Shown: positions 30,607 to 40,668, counted from the first letter of the stretch. The stretch is DNA of 64,000 bases from Alphaproteobacteria bacterium (GCA_963422645.2 CAXXVO010000014.1:353226-417225), one strand, 5' to 3'. Notes: generated from the sequence alone by a model not told the origin. Made by a program: numbers and translations.

Positions 30607-32029
30607 CCTGCCCTACCAGAGCCGCTGGGTTGCAGACAGGGCACAGCTCAAGATCGTCGAGAAGTCGCGCCGCATCGGCTTGTCCTGGGCCGAGGCCTAC
30701 GACGCCGTGATGCACGCGGCCGAGGGTGGGGGCAACGTCACCTACCAGTCCTACGACAGGGAGATGACCAGAGGCTTCATCGGCGACTGCGCGGACTGGA
30801 CGGAGCACCTGGACTTCGAGGCCGGCGCCATCGGCGAGAGCGTCATCGATGCCGGCGAGGCCAGGGCCGTGCAGGTGTTCCACATCCAGGTCGCCTCGGG
30901 GAAGACCATCACGTCGATGACCAGCGCGCCGCGCGCGCTCAGGTCCAGGGGACGCCCCGGAGACCGGGCGATAATCGACGAGGCCGCCTTCGTCGACGAC
31001 CTGGGCGAGGTGCTCAAGGCCGCGCTCGCCTTCCTCACGTGGGGCGGGCGGGTCCATGTGATCTCGACCCACAACGGCGAGGCCAGCCCCTTCAACCTGC
31101 TGCTGCGCGACGTGCGCGAGGGCCGCCAGCCGGGGTCGGTCCACAGCATCCCCTTCCGCCGGGCCGTCGCAGAAGGGCTGGGCCGGCGCATCTTCGAGGT
31201 GACGGGCAAGGAGTACTCGCCCGGGGCGGAAGCCGAATGGGAGGCCGGCATCCGGCGCGCCTACGGCCACCGGGGCGCCGAGGAGCTCGACTGCGTGCCC
31301 GCCGCAGGGACCGGCGCCTGGCTCGCATGGGACCTGATCCGCGAGCGCGAGCACCCGGACGCGGGCGATCCGGAGCGCCACGCCGGCGGGAGCACCTGGA
31401 TCGGCGTCGACGTGGCGCGGCGCCGCGATCTCTGGGTCGCCGCCGTCATCGAGAAGGCCGCCGACGCGCTCTGGGTGCGCGAGATCGTCGCCCGCCAGGG
31501 CATCCCGTTCAGCGAGCAGCGCAGGATCGTGCGCGGCCTCGCCGAACGCTACCGCCCGCTCCGCATCGCGGTCGACCAGACCGGCATGGGCGAGGCCGTG
31601 GTCGAGCAGTGGCAGGAGGACCACGGCACGCTGCGGGTCGAGGGCGTGCTCATGACCGGCCCGCGCCGGCTGGATGCCGCCACCGCGCTGCGCGAGGCCA
31701 TGGAGGACAAGCGCCTGCGCCTCCCCGCAGACGAGGCATTGCGCCGCGACCTCCACGCCGTGCGCGCCGAGGCCGGACCCACCGGCTCGCCCCGCCTGGT
31801 CGCCGAGCGCTCGGGCACCGACGGCCACGCCGACCGCTTCTGGGCGCTCGCGCTCGCCTGCCTCTCGGCCTCGCAGGCATCCGGCCCCTTCCAGGCCTGG
31901 ATCGGCGAGGGCCGCCACGCCGTCCATGACATGCCGGGCTCCCCCTTCGACGGCGATACCGGCTACCGCATCGACACCGAACTCGGCGTCGTCCATTCCC
32001 CCCTCTCCGCCCTGAACGGCTGGCGATAG
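30607..32029 (+). pseudogene. Mu-like terminase large subunit lacking its start codon
   Basis: LPYQSRW..KIVEKSRRIGLSW, IIDEAAF, ISTHNG, GVDVAR, VDQTGMG, HADRFWALALA. Confidence 0.88.
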
Positions 32030-32032
32030 CCC

Positions 32033-32166
32033 ATGGCCGCGCCCGCCCCCGCACGTCCCGGGACCGCCGAGATCGCAGGCCCGCAGGCCGGCATCGGCGG
32101 CATCGGCGAGCTCGTCCTCCCCTGGCTCGACAGCGACCCGGCGCTCGGCGCCGACCCCCGCCAGTG
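32033..32166 (+). pseudogene. Portal (DUF935/Mu gp29-like) N-terminal stub
   Basis: ATG follows the terminase stop. The frame is cut by element B. Confidence 0.55.
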
Positions 32167-33017
32167 GTGAGCGCGCGCGGTCTTTCAGCGGGGATCGGGG
32201 CCTGATCCGCTCGGATTTGTTGAGGTTTTGGGGCGGGTGCCCCTCGGCGAACTTGCAAGAAGTTCGCCGGGGGGCTTTGTCTCGTGGTGACGGTCACAAT
32301 CGCCAGAGACGGCCCCAATGTCGCACAACATTTTCCGCCACTCCATGCTTTGCAACGCCCTGGTCTGGGCCTGGCTGCGCGAGGTCGATGAGGCCGAGGC
32401 GGCGCGCTGCCGCGAGGCGGGCTGCCGACACTGCCCCGGCAAGCTGCACAGCGCGACGTATCCGCGCAAGCCGTACGGTCTGGCAGCCGAGTTGAGGGAA
32501 GAGGGCACGCGGCGGTTCAGCTTCTGCTGCGCGGATTGCCGCCTGCGAGCGACCCCACCATCGGTACGATTCTTCGGGCGCCGCTTTTATCTGGGCGCCC
32601 TGTTCGTTCTGTTGAGTGCACTGGTTCTGAGAGGCGGGGTGCGGTTGCAGACGATCAAGCGGAAGTGGGGGGTCTCGGTCGCCACACTGCGCCGCTGGCG
32701 GAAGTGGTGGCTGGAGGCGTTCCCGGCGACGGAGCCCTGGGGAGCGAAGCGTGGCGAACTGGTGATGCCACCCGAGGAGGTGCCGCTGCTCTTCGTGCTG
32801 CGGCAGATGCGGGGCGGACGCTTCGGTGAGCGTCTGTTCCTGAGCCTGATCTGGTTCAAGCCGTGGACGGGCTATTGCGGGCTCGGCGATGGCTCGGCGC
32901 CGCCCGCAGAAAGTGTTCCTGTCACGCCCGGATAGGGCGTTCTACATGGGCATCTCTCCGATGCGGCGAGGGAGGGATGCCGGAATGGACAAGGACGACG
33001 CGGGCGCCAGGCGCGAG
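32167..33017 (+). mobile_element. Element B copy 2 (left-end fragment) inserted in the portal gene
   Basis: Near-identical to 3593-4443. Confidence 0.8.
32318..32935 (+). CDS. Transposon-associated Cys-rich protein (copy 2)
   Basis: Identical translation to 3744..4361. Confidence 0.7.
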   Translation: MSHNIFRHSMLCNALVWAWLREVDEAEAARCREAGCRHCPGKLHSATYPRKPYGLAAELREEGTRRFSFCCADCRLRATPPSVRFFGRRFYLGALFVLLSALVLRGGVRLQTIKRKWGVSVATLRRWRKWWLEAFPATEPWGAKRGELVMPPEEVPLLFVLRQMRGGRFGERLFLSLIWFKPWTGYCGLGDGSAPPAESVPVTPG

Positions 33018-33413
33018 GAGACCGTCGCCCGAACCTCGGGCCTCCGCCCCACCCCCGCCCATGTCGAGCAGGTCTACGGCGGAGAATGGGAGAAAGCCCC
33101 CGACGCGCCCCCGACGCCAGGCGGCGATCCCCGCCCCGCGCGCCTCGCCGAGCCGGCGCAGCAGGACGACGACGCCATCGACGACGCCGTGGACGCGATC
33201 GCCGCAGACTGGCAGCCCCTCATGGAGCCGGTCGTCGCCCCCGTGCTCGGCGCCGCAGAGAACGCCGACAGCCTCGGCCGCTTCCGTGCCGCGCTCGACG
33301 AGCGCCAGCTCTGGGAGAACATGAACGCAGACCGCATCGCCCGCCGCCTCCGCCGCACCGCATTCTCCGCCCGCCTCTCCGGCGACGCAGGCCTCGACGA
33401 GGGCGAGGGCTGA
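32985..33413 (+). pseudogene. Chimera: element B transposase start fused in frame to the portal C-terminus
   Basis: MDKDDAGARR followed by GLRPTPAHVEQVYG...WQPLMEPVVAPV...AFSARLSG, which resembles DUF935 C-termini. Confidence 0.65.
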
Positions 33414-34618
33414 TGCCCGCGCCCGAGATCCTGGACGTACCCCCCGCAGAGGCCGTCGAGCACTTCCGCGCCAGGGGCTTCCACACAGGCTTCGACTGGC
33501 GCGATACCGATGCCGAGCAGCACCTGGTCTCCTTCACCGCCGCCAAGGCCGCGAAGCTCGACATCCTCCAGGACCTGCGCACCGCCGCCGACAAGGCCAT
33601 CGCGGACGGCACAACCTTCGAGACCTTCGCCAAGGAGCTGCAGCCCACCCTGGTCCGCAAGGGATGGTGGGGCAGGCAGCCCATGACCGATCCCCTCACC
33701 GGCAAGACGCGCATCGTCCAGCTCGGCTCGGCCCACCGCCTGCGCATTATCTTCGATACCAACATCCGCATGGCCTACGCCCGCGGCCGATGGGAGCGCA
33801 TCGAGCGCCTCAGGGAGGCCATGCCCTGGCTCCGCTACGTCGCCGTCCAGGACGCCCGCACCAGGCCCGACCACCTCGCATGGCACGGCACCATCCTTCC
33901 CGTCGATCACCCCTTCTGGAAGACCCACTACCCGCCCAACGGATGGAAGTGCCGCTGCATCGTCCAGCAGCTCTCCGAAGACGACCTGGAGCGCTACGGC
34001 TATAAAGTGTCGTCAGGCCCGCCGCCGCTCTCCGGGCGCACCCGGCCCTGGACCAACCGCCGCACCGGCCGCGTCCACCAGGTCCCCGCCGGCATCGATC
34101 CCGGCTTCCAGCACAACGCCGGCCGCGCCCGGCCGGGGCGCGACAGCGCAAACCGCCTGATCGAGAAGATCGACGACGCGCCCCCCGACCTCGCACGCGC
34201 CGCCATAGGCCAACCCTGGAACGGGGCGCTCTTCCGCCGCCACCTCGAAGGCCGGTCCGACGCCGACTGGCCCGCGGCCGTGCTCGAAGGCCCGGTCCGC
34301 GCCGCCATCGGCGCACGCTCCCGAACCGTCCGCCTCTCCGCAGAAACCGCCGCAAAGCAGGCCAGGAGACACCCCGATCTCGAACCCGCAGACTACGCCC
34401 GCGTCCAGCGCATCCTCGATCAAGGGGAGATGTTCGTGGAGGACAACGGCCGTTTCGCGCAGGGCTTCCTCGAAGAGGACGGGCGCCTGTGGAAGGCCGT
34501 CGTCAAGTCGGCCGCAGGTGGCGACGAGGCCTACATCGTGAGCCTGCACAAGGCGCAGCCCCATAACCTCGACGCCGCGCGCCGGCGCCTGAAGCGGGTT
34601 GTCGGGGAGGGAGGTTGA
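33413..34618 (+). CDS. MuF-like head morphogenesis protein with C-terminal putative PBECR-type nuclease domain
   Basis: SFTAAKA, RLRIIFDTN, RTRPDHLAWHG, WKTHYPPNGWKCRC and IDPGFQHNAG, then an extension ...KQARRHPDL..ADY...WKAVVK...YIVSLH. Confidence 0.85.
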   Translation: MPAPEILDVPPAEAVEHFRARGFHTGFDWRDTDAEQHLVSFTAAKAAKLDILQDLRTAADKAIADGTTFETFAKELQPTLVRKGWWGRQPMTDPLTGKTRIVQLGSAHRLRIIFDTNIRMAYARGRWERIERLREAMPWLRYVAVQDARTRPDHLAWHGTILPVDHPFWKTHYPPNGWKCRCIVQQLSEDDLERYGYKVSSGPPPLSGRTRPWTNRRTGRVHQVPAGIDPGFQHNAGRARPGRDSANRLIEKIDDAPPDLARAAIGQPWNGALFRRHLEGRSDADWPAAVLEGPVRAAIGARSRTVRLSAETAAKQARRHPDLEPADYARVQRILDQGEMFVEDNGRFAQGFLEEDGRLWKAVVKSAAGGDEAYIVSLHKAQPHNLDAARRRLKRVVGEGG

Positions 34619-34685
34619 CGCCGGGCGGGTCGTAAACCCCGCGCTCGCCCGAAGGCATGAGAGGACTACGAATGCTTCCGGCGTC
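34617..34685 (+). ncRNA. Predicted structured RNA (multi-branch fold with pseudoknot) immediately after the MuF stop
   Basis: GACGCCGG/CCGGCGTC outer stem, GCGGG/CCCGC hairpin whose loop TCGTA complements TACGA (34667-34671), and a CTC-GCC/GGC-GAG hairpin. Folded by eye only. Confidence 0.4.
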
Positions 34686-34909
34686 GCGCCCGACCCTACG
34701 CGCCGCCGCACGCCACCTCAAGCCGATTCAGCGCCCCGGCGCGGGCCGCCGCCAGCCTCGCGGGACGGGCGCCTCGCACCGCACCTCGCACCGGATTTTC
34801 CAGCCGAATCCGATACCCCGAAACCGACCCGATTTGCCGCCGTCGCAAGACCCCTGAAACGCCCCGAAAATTGCCGTTTCCAGCCAATTCACGGCCTCTG
34901 CACGGCCCG

Positions 34910-35052
34910 ATTCGCAAAGACTTCCGTCCGCACGCCAGCCGCCGCACCGCCACCGTGCCGCCCCGCATCCCCTTGAGATTCCGCCACCTTCCGCCCGATT
35001 CCGCCTGATTCCACCCCTTGACCCGATTCACAACGACTTTCGTCCGTCTACA
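34910..35052 (-). promoter_or_regulatory. Two spaced putative transposase-binding sites at the right end
   Basis: ATTCGCAAAGACTTCCGTCCG (34910-34930) and ATTCACAACGACTTTCGTCCGTCTACA (35026-35052), about 95 bp apart. Confidence 0.75.
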
Positions 35053-35125
35053 CTGATGTCTCCTCGGTTCATCACGTGGGACGGAGGATAGCAGCCGCTG
35101 CGCACGCGGTCACCGCGCCGGCGTT

Positions 35126-36858
35126 TGCCGTGAAACAGATTCTGGCGAGGGACGCGCGGTGACGCTCCAACCCCGAGGTCACGGCGTTGGCTGAGACCGC
35201 CAGGGTCGGCGCGGCGGAGACGAGCGGTGGACTTCCCCGATGTGGTCCGAAGCGGTCCCGCGTAGCCGGCTGACGAGATGCGGGCCGCTCAGGCGGCCTT
35301 GAGTTCCGCGCCTACGGGCTCGATGTAGCCGTAGCGGCGGAGCATGCGGATCCACCGAGGAGCGTTGCGCTTGACCATCAGAGCGTCGTAGTCGGCCGTG
35401 CGGTCGTAGTAGGGCCTGCCGGTCTTGAGCACCACATAGATGATGCGCAGCATCTTGTGAGCGCCGGCGACGATGGCGCGCTTGTAGCCGCGCCGGGCGG
35501 CGAGGGCGCGGTGATGAGCCTCGAACTGGCACCCCTTGGTTCGGGCCGCGCCGTGGGCACACTCGACGAGGCAGGCGCGCAGGGTCTTGGAGCCCATGCG
35601 GGTGCGTGCGTTGCGGCGCTTGCCCCCGCTCTCGTTGTTGCCGGGGCAGAGCCCGGCCCAGGCGGCGAAGTGCTCCTTGGAGGCGAACACGCCGATGTCG
35701 GGGCCGATCTCGATGAGGATGGTCGAGGCGGCGGTGCGGTCGATGCCGGGGATGGTGGTCAGCAGACGGAGCTGCTCCTCCCACGGTGTCATCTGCCCGT
35801 CGATCTTCCTGGTGTAGGACGCGATGCGCGCCTCAAGCGCGTCATGCTCCTCCAGCAGGTCGTTGAGCATGAAGCGGTCGTTGTCGCCCAGGCTCAGGGT
35901 GAGCGCCTCGCCGAGCCCCTCCAGCTTGTTCGCAACGTGGCTGGTGAGCGAGGCGAGGATGACCTCGCGCGCCGTCCCCTGCGCCAGGCCGTCGAGGATC
36001 TTCCGGCCGTTGACGCCGAAGACGTCGGAGAGGATGCCGCCGATGCGCGCACCGGCGCGGTCGATGATCTTCTGCACGCGGTTGCGCACGGCGGAGCGCT
36101 GCCTGACCAGGACGCGGCGCTGGCGGCTCAGTGCGCGCAGCTCCCGGAACGGCTCAGGCGGAACGTGGGAAGGCGTGCAGAGCCCGAACTGGCACACGCA
36201 GGCCAGCCACACGCTGTCCGCCACGTCGGTCTTGCGCCCCTTCAACTGCTTCACCTGACGCGCATGCACCAGGATCGCCTCGAGCCCGGCCGCCTCCAGG
36301 GCCGCGAAGGGCGCCTGCCAGTAGACCCCGGTCCCTTCCATCACCGCAGCCTCGACGCCGTGACCGGTCAGCCACGCGACCATCTCCTCCAGACCGCTCG
36401 GCAGCGTGCCGAAGCAGCGCGTCTCCACCACCGGCTCACCCTCGCCCTCACAGAGGCGAACCGTCGCGGTGATCTCCATCTTGTGCACGTCCAGACCCGC
36501 CGCGCGCGGCCGGACGACGTGCAAGCCTTCCGTCTTCATCGCCTTCCTCCTCATTTGCGCTCTCGCCACGGCGGCGTACGATCACGCCGTGGCATCGCCA
36601 CGGTGGAGGCGGGGACAGCGGTCGGAAGAACACGCATCCGACGAGCGGGTGCGGTGCAATTTGCCGCGCGTCCACGGCCACGGGCCGGGTACAATACGGG
36701 GTGCGGAGCCGGCCGCCGGAAGCAGTTTTGTCATCGGGAACTACGTCACCGATATAACGACGCTCACACGTCCCCACCTCCGCCAATACCCATCCTGACA
36801 CGGCAAATGGGTGCAAGCGCAAGGAAAACGTCAGCCGAACCGCTCCTGTTTCATGCCA
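35126..36858 (-). mobile_element. IS110-family element with short imperfect end repeats and long non-coding ends
   Basis: TGCCGTGAAACAG (35126-35138) vs CTGTTTCATGCCA (36846-36858). Boundaries are approximate. Confidence 0.7.
35289..36539 (-). CDS. IS110-family DEDD recombinase/transposase
   Basis: GLDVHK, MEGTGVYW, KTDVADS, TIPGI, GNNESGGK. GGAGG RBS. Confidence 0.95.
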   Translation of the reverse strand: MKTEGLHVVRPRAAGLDVHKMEITATVRLCEGEGEPVVETRCFGTLPSGLEEMVAWLTGHGVEAAVMEGTGVYWQAPFAALEAAGLEAILVHARQVKQLKGRKTDVADSVWLACVCQFGLCTPSHVPPEPFRELRALSRQRRVLVRQRSAVRNRVQKIIDRAGARIGGILSDVFGVNGRKILDGLAQGTAREVILASLTSHVANKLEGLGEALTLSLGDNDRFMLNDLLEEHDALEARIASYTRKIDGQMTPWEEQLRLLTTIPGIDRTAASTILIEIGPDIGVFASKEHFAAWAGLCPGNNESGGKRRNARTRMGSKTLRACLVECAHGAARTKGCQFEAHHRALAARRGYKRAIVAGAHKMLRIIYVVLKTGRPYYDRTADYDALMVKRNAPRWIRMLRRYGYIEPVGAELKAA

Positions 36859-36892
36859 CGGGGTGGCTCAGAACCGCGGGGACCATGACTGT

Positions 36893-37068
36893 TTTGTCGC
36901 TCACGGCAGCCGGCCGTCCTGCGATCTCGCGCGCCTACCGGCGCGACGGGCCGGCGCCTCCGCGTCGCGCGTCCACGCGCGCGGGAGCGCGCGATGAGCG
37001 CCGCAGGGGCGGCGGGCTGCGGTCGCGGCCTGTCTGTCGCACGTCCGTCAAGGACAGACGCGCTCTAG
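36893..37068. repeat. RIME/MITE-like repeat (partial copy)
   Basis: TTGTCGCTCACGGCAGCCGGC...GCGGTCGCGGCCTGTC...CGCGCTCTAG shared with 13597-13662 plus 16136-16217. Confidence 0.7.
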
Positions 37069-37082
37069 GGTCCCCTTTGCCG

Positions 37083-37376
37083 TCAATCGACGCCCTCGAC
37101 CACCCGGAAGTCGCGCTCTACCGCGCCTTCGAGTTTCGCGGCTGCGGCCTGGTAGGCGGCACCGTCGTGGGTGGCGAGCGCCTGTTCGAAGCTCTCGAAC
37201 TCGACCACGACGGTGCGCTCGCCAATGCCGGCGTCGAAGGCCTGGACCTTGCCGCCGCGCGCCAGGAACGTGCCGCCGCCGGCGATGATTGCGGGCCCCG
37301 CCAATTTGGCGTATTCCCCCAGCGCGGCCGGATCCTTGATCTCCCGGTAGCAACTTACCCAGTAACCCTTCGCCAT
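37083..37376 (-). CDS. DUF1330 family protein
   Basis: MAKGYW..GGTFLARGG..RTVVVEFES..YQAA pattern, AGGAGG RBS. Confidence 0.85.
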   Translation of the reverse strand: MAKGYWVSCYREIKDPAALGEYAKLAGPAIIAGGGTFLARGGKVQAFDAGIGERTVVVEFESFEQALATHDGAAYQAAAAKLEGAVERDFRVVEGVD

Positions 37377-37577
37377 TCCGTCCTCCTTTCGGTGATGCGT
37401 CCGACGCGACCGGCGCGTCGGGATGTCGCGGAGCTGGTACCACCGAATGCCTGCACTTGTCATATGAAAGGCGGCGAAGCGCCTTAGCTGAGATTGAGTG
37501 GGAGGGGATAATATTTCTAGAACAGTGTGTTATGTGCTAATTGAGCGATCCGGCGGCGCTTTGGGAGCGGGTGCAAG

Positions 37578-37820
37578 ATGCGGGTCAAGGTTGAGCTCAT
37601 CGCCATCGAGCTGCCCCAATTCGGCAGCGCGAAGAGCCGCGACCTCGATCTAGAGGCGGGCGCGAACGTCGCCGATGCGCTCTTTGGCCTCGGCGTAGAT
37701 GGCGACCCCGCTATCCTCGCCATGGTGAACGGCGAGGCCGTGCCCCGCGATCAGTGGCCCGAGACGCCCCTGAGCCCCGACGACACGATCAGCCTGTTCC
37801 GGCCGTTCAAGGGCGGGTAG
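37578..37820 (+). CDS. MoaD/ThiS ubiquitin-like sulfur carrier
   Basis: 80 aa, MVNG, C-terminal GG. Confidence 0.85.
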   Translation: MRVKVELIAIELPQFGSAKSRDLDLEAGANVADALFGLGVDGDPAILAMVNGEAVPRDQWPETPLSPDDTISLFRPFKGG

Positions 37821-38170
37821 AGGGTGGTGCGGCCCAAACGTAACAGGAACGCTTCTCAATTGACGGTCGGCCCGCGGGTCGATAACCGATGACTGCGCTC
37901 ATGGGCATCTCAGGCAGAACTTGTCGTGACCAGAGAACGAGTTCCCAGCACCGATTCAGCATACGGTCAAATTGGATTCCATGCCAGCGACAACGCTCTC
38001 GTCGGCGCCTTGTGCTTGCTGGCATCGTGGCATAGGGTAAGCGTGACAGTGAAAGCATTTCGCATGGCTCTCATGGCTTTGGGCGCGCGCAGAGCCTATG
38101 TAATTTGCCCGGCACCCCTCCCGCTACGGACTTCGAGCGGCCTTCCGAGGTAGAGAAGGTACTTCTTGCA

Positions 38171-39502
38171 GTGGCAAGACCAAGCGACTTCTTGCTAAAC
38201 GATGTGCGGTGCTTTCGTGGTGAGCAGCGTGCACGCATGCGCGCCATCACTTTACTTGTCGGAGAAAACAGTACTGGAAAGACGACATTTCTTGGCTGCT
38301 ACGGTGTAATGCATCGCCTACTTTCCTCCCGCAGACCATTGGGGGATCGGCTCGACTTCAACCAAGAACCGTTCTCAATGGGATCATTTCGAGATATCGT
38401 GCGATCGCAACGCGGCCGCGCCGGGCGCATCGATGAATTCACAATAGGTTTTAATATTACTTCCGTTTATCGCAAGCGGACTCCACCCTATATCGTTCGA
38501 GTTAGCTTTTCAGAAGAAGGCTCACAGCCAATTATATCCTCTGTCCACTATGAGTTTAACGAGAATTCCTTCATGAGCTTGAGGCGCGGAAAGGATCCCG
38601 ATAAGTTGATTTTCGAGACTGAAGAATTCGAGGTAAATTTTGATCTTCCTCTCGATAAGCACTGGACGTATTTTTTAGATGATTTGAGTAGAAACGGTGG
38701 AGAATCTTTTTGGGAAGATTCTTCAGAAGAACAGCGAGCCAGCAAGTACATATCCGCCCTGTTGCGAATTGACAAGAAGACAGGAAGACGCCGCAGGTAT
38801 GGTGAATTCTGGAGCCACCCGTTTTCACAGCTCATTCCTGTCGCTCCTCTGCGCTCCAAGCCAAAGCGCACCTACGACCCTATCCGTGAAACAGATTCGC
38901 CAGAAGGTGAGCACATACCGATGCTCATGATGCGGCTTAATCAAACAGATGCGGGACGTTGGGGGAAACTTCACGATGGTCTCGTGGCGTTCGGGCAAGC
39001 AGCAGGGCTATTCTCTGATATTGCTGTGAGGCGCCATGGCAAACAGATGAGCGATCCTTTTCAATTGCAAATCAAGGTCCGCTCCGGTTCGCGAGCCAAC
39101 ATCATGGATGTGGGATACGGTGTCAGCCAAAGCCTTCCAATTTTGGTTGATGCTCACAGCAGGCAAAGATGTACGTTCGTGATGCAGCAGCCGGAGGTGC
39201 ATTTACATCCCCGAGCACAAGCGGAACTCGCCACGCTGTTTGTCGAGTCCGCCAATAAGCGAAATAACCAGTTTATCATTGAGACACACAGCGATTATAT
39301 TATTGATCGCATAAGGATTTTGACTAAGAAGGGGTTGGCGAATCCGGAAGATGTATCAATCCTCTATTTTGCCCCGCAGGGAAGTTCGGTTGAGATTCAC
39401 AATATACACCTCGATGAGAACGGAAACCTTCAGAACGTGCCTCAGGGATATCGAGATTTTTTTGTCAAGGAGTCGGACCGCTTACTTGGCTTCGAGGACT
39501 GA
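38171..39502 (+). CDS. ABC-type ATPase (AAA_21/AbiEii-like, DUF3696-like C-terminus), low GC
   Basis: LLVGENSTGKT, MDVGYGVSQSLP, MQQPEVHLHPRAQ, IIETHSDYII. Confidence 0.85.
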   Translation: MARPSDFLLNDVRCFRGEQRARMRAITLLVGENSTGKTTFLGCYGVMHRLLSSRRPLGDRLDFNQEPFSMGSFRDIVRSQRGRAGRIDEFTIGFNITSVYRKRTPPYIVRVSFSEEGSQPIISSVHYEFNENSFMSLRRGKDPDKLIFETEEFEVNFDLPLDKHWTYFLDDLSRNGGESFWEDSSEEQRASKYISALLRIDKKTGRRRRYGEFWSHPFSQLIPVAPLRSKPKRTYDPIRETDSPEGEHIPMLMMRLNQTDAGRWGKLHDGLVAFGQAAGLFSDIAVRRHGKQMSDPFQLQIKVRSGSRANIMDVGYGVSQSLPILVDAHSRQRCTFVMQQPEVHLHPRAQAELATLFVESANKRNNQFIIETHSDYIIDRIRILTKKGLANPEDVSILYFAPQGSSVEIHNIHLDENGNLQNVPQGYRDFFVKESDRLLGFED

Positions 39503-39514
39503 GTTTTTTCTTTC

Positions 39515-39952
39515 ATGTGTATCATCGTAGACGCGAACGTTCTTGGGCTATTTCTGGCCGACCCACCAAGCGATACGACTGCTCCAATACATAGCTGGCT
39601 ACGAAAACGGAAAGGTAAACTGATCTATTCAACCGGGGGAAATTTTGCTGCTGATATCGGAGGGAACACGCGAAAGAGGCTAGCAGTTTACGCTCAGGCG
39701 GGCATGGCGGTCGAGGTAAGAGGGAGGCTATTGAGCGAGGATGAACGCAGTCTTGAGGGTCACACAAAATCTAATGACTGCCACATACTCGCATTGGCGC
39801 GATTTACCGGTGCTCGCCTACTTTACACAGCCGATTTAAGGCTCATTAGCGACTTTAAGAATAAGGAATTCATCGACGGGCCAAGAGGCAAAGTATATTC
39901 TAGGCCAACACATTCGAGACTGCTTACTGGGTCAGTATGCGCGCCTACCTAA
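39515..39952 (+). CDS. PIN-domain-like putative ribonuclease, low GC
   Basis: IIVDAN at the N-terminus, NDCHILALA and LYTAD.L..DF, matching the PIN acidic pattern. Confidence 0.7.
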   Translation: MCIIVDANVLGLFLADPPSDTTAPIHSWLRKRKGKLIYSTGGNFAADIGGNTRKRLAVYAQAGMAVEVRGRLLSEDERSLEGHTKSNDCHILALARFTGARLLYTADLRLISDFKNKEFIDGPRGKVYSRPTHSRLLTGSVCAPT

Positions 39953-40122
39953 AGTACTGTTTCACCGAAGTGCAACCCAAAATCTGTATGATGACTTCGG
40001 CTGAATTTAACCGCGACGAGCCCGATGGAATTCCAGAACCCCGCCGAGACGAGCCCGATCGCGCTCTGACCGCAGGCAACGGTGCCGATGGTGCCCCACT
40101 TGCTCTTGGTCGCTTCAGACAT
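39949..40122 (-). pseudogene. Truncated Gly-rich membrane protein start, cut by the low-GC cassette near 40010
   Basis: MSEATKSKWGTIGTVACGQSAIGLVSAGFWNSIGLVAV with an AGGA RBS, then runs into low-GC sequence. Confidence 0.35.
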
Positions 40123-40169
40123 GGCAGCAGTTTCCTGTCGTGTTGGGATGTGCCGCCAAGGACGAAGGG

Positions 40170-40655
40170 TCAGGCGTCGGTGGCGTTCATCGCCTGCACC
40201 GCCTCCAGCACCTTCTCCACGTGGCCTGCCACCTTTACCTTGCGCCAGACCTTGCTGACGGTGCCGTCGGCGTCGATGAGGAAGGTTGCGCGCTCGATGC
40301 CCATGTAGGTCTTGCCGTAGTTCTTCTTCTCGACCCAGACGCCGTAGCGCTCGCAGATGTCGCTTTCGGCGTCGGAGACCAGGGTGAAGGGGAGGCCGTA
40401 CTTCGCGCGGAACTTGTCGTGCTTGGCGGCGGTGTCCTTGGAGACGCCGACGATCTCCGCGCCCGCAGCCGCGAATTCCGGCAGGGCTTCGGTGAACTCC
40501 TGCGCCTCCCGCGTGCAGCCGGGGGTGTCGTCGCGCGGGTAGAAGTAGAGCACCACCGCCTTGCCGCGCAGGCCGTCGAGGCTGAGCGAGCCGCCCTCGT
40601 TGGTGGGTGCGGTGAAACCCGGCGCCGGGCTGCCGGCTTCGATCGCCGTCGTCAT
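40170..40655 (-). CDS. bcp: Thioredoxin-dependent thiol peroxidase Bcp
   Basis: VVLYFYPRDDTPGCT, YMGIERATFLID. Confidence 0.93.
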   Translation of the reverse strand: MTTAIEAGSPAPGFTAPTNEGGSLSLDGLRGKAVVLYFYPRDDTPGCTREAQEFTEALPEFAAAGAEIVGVSKDTAAKHDKFRAKYGLPFTLVSDAESDICERYGVWVEKKNYGKTYMGIERATFLIDADGTVSKVWRKVKVAGHVEKVLEAVQAMNATDA

Positions 40656-40668
40656 GTCCCTTCTCCTT

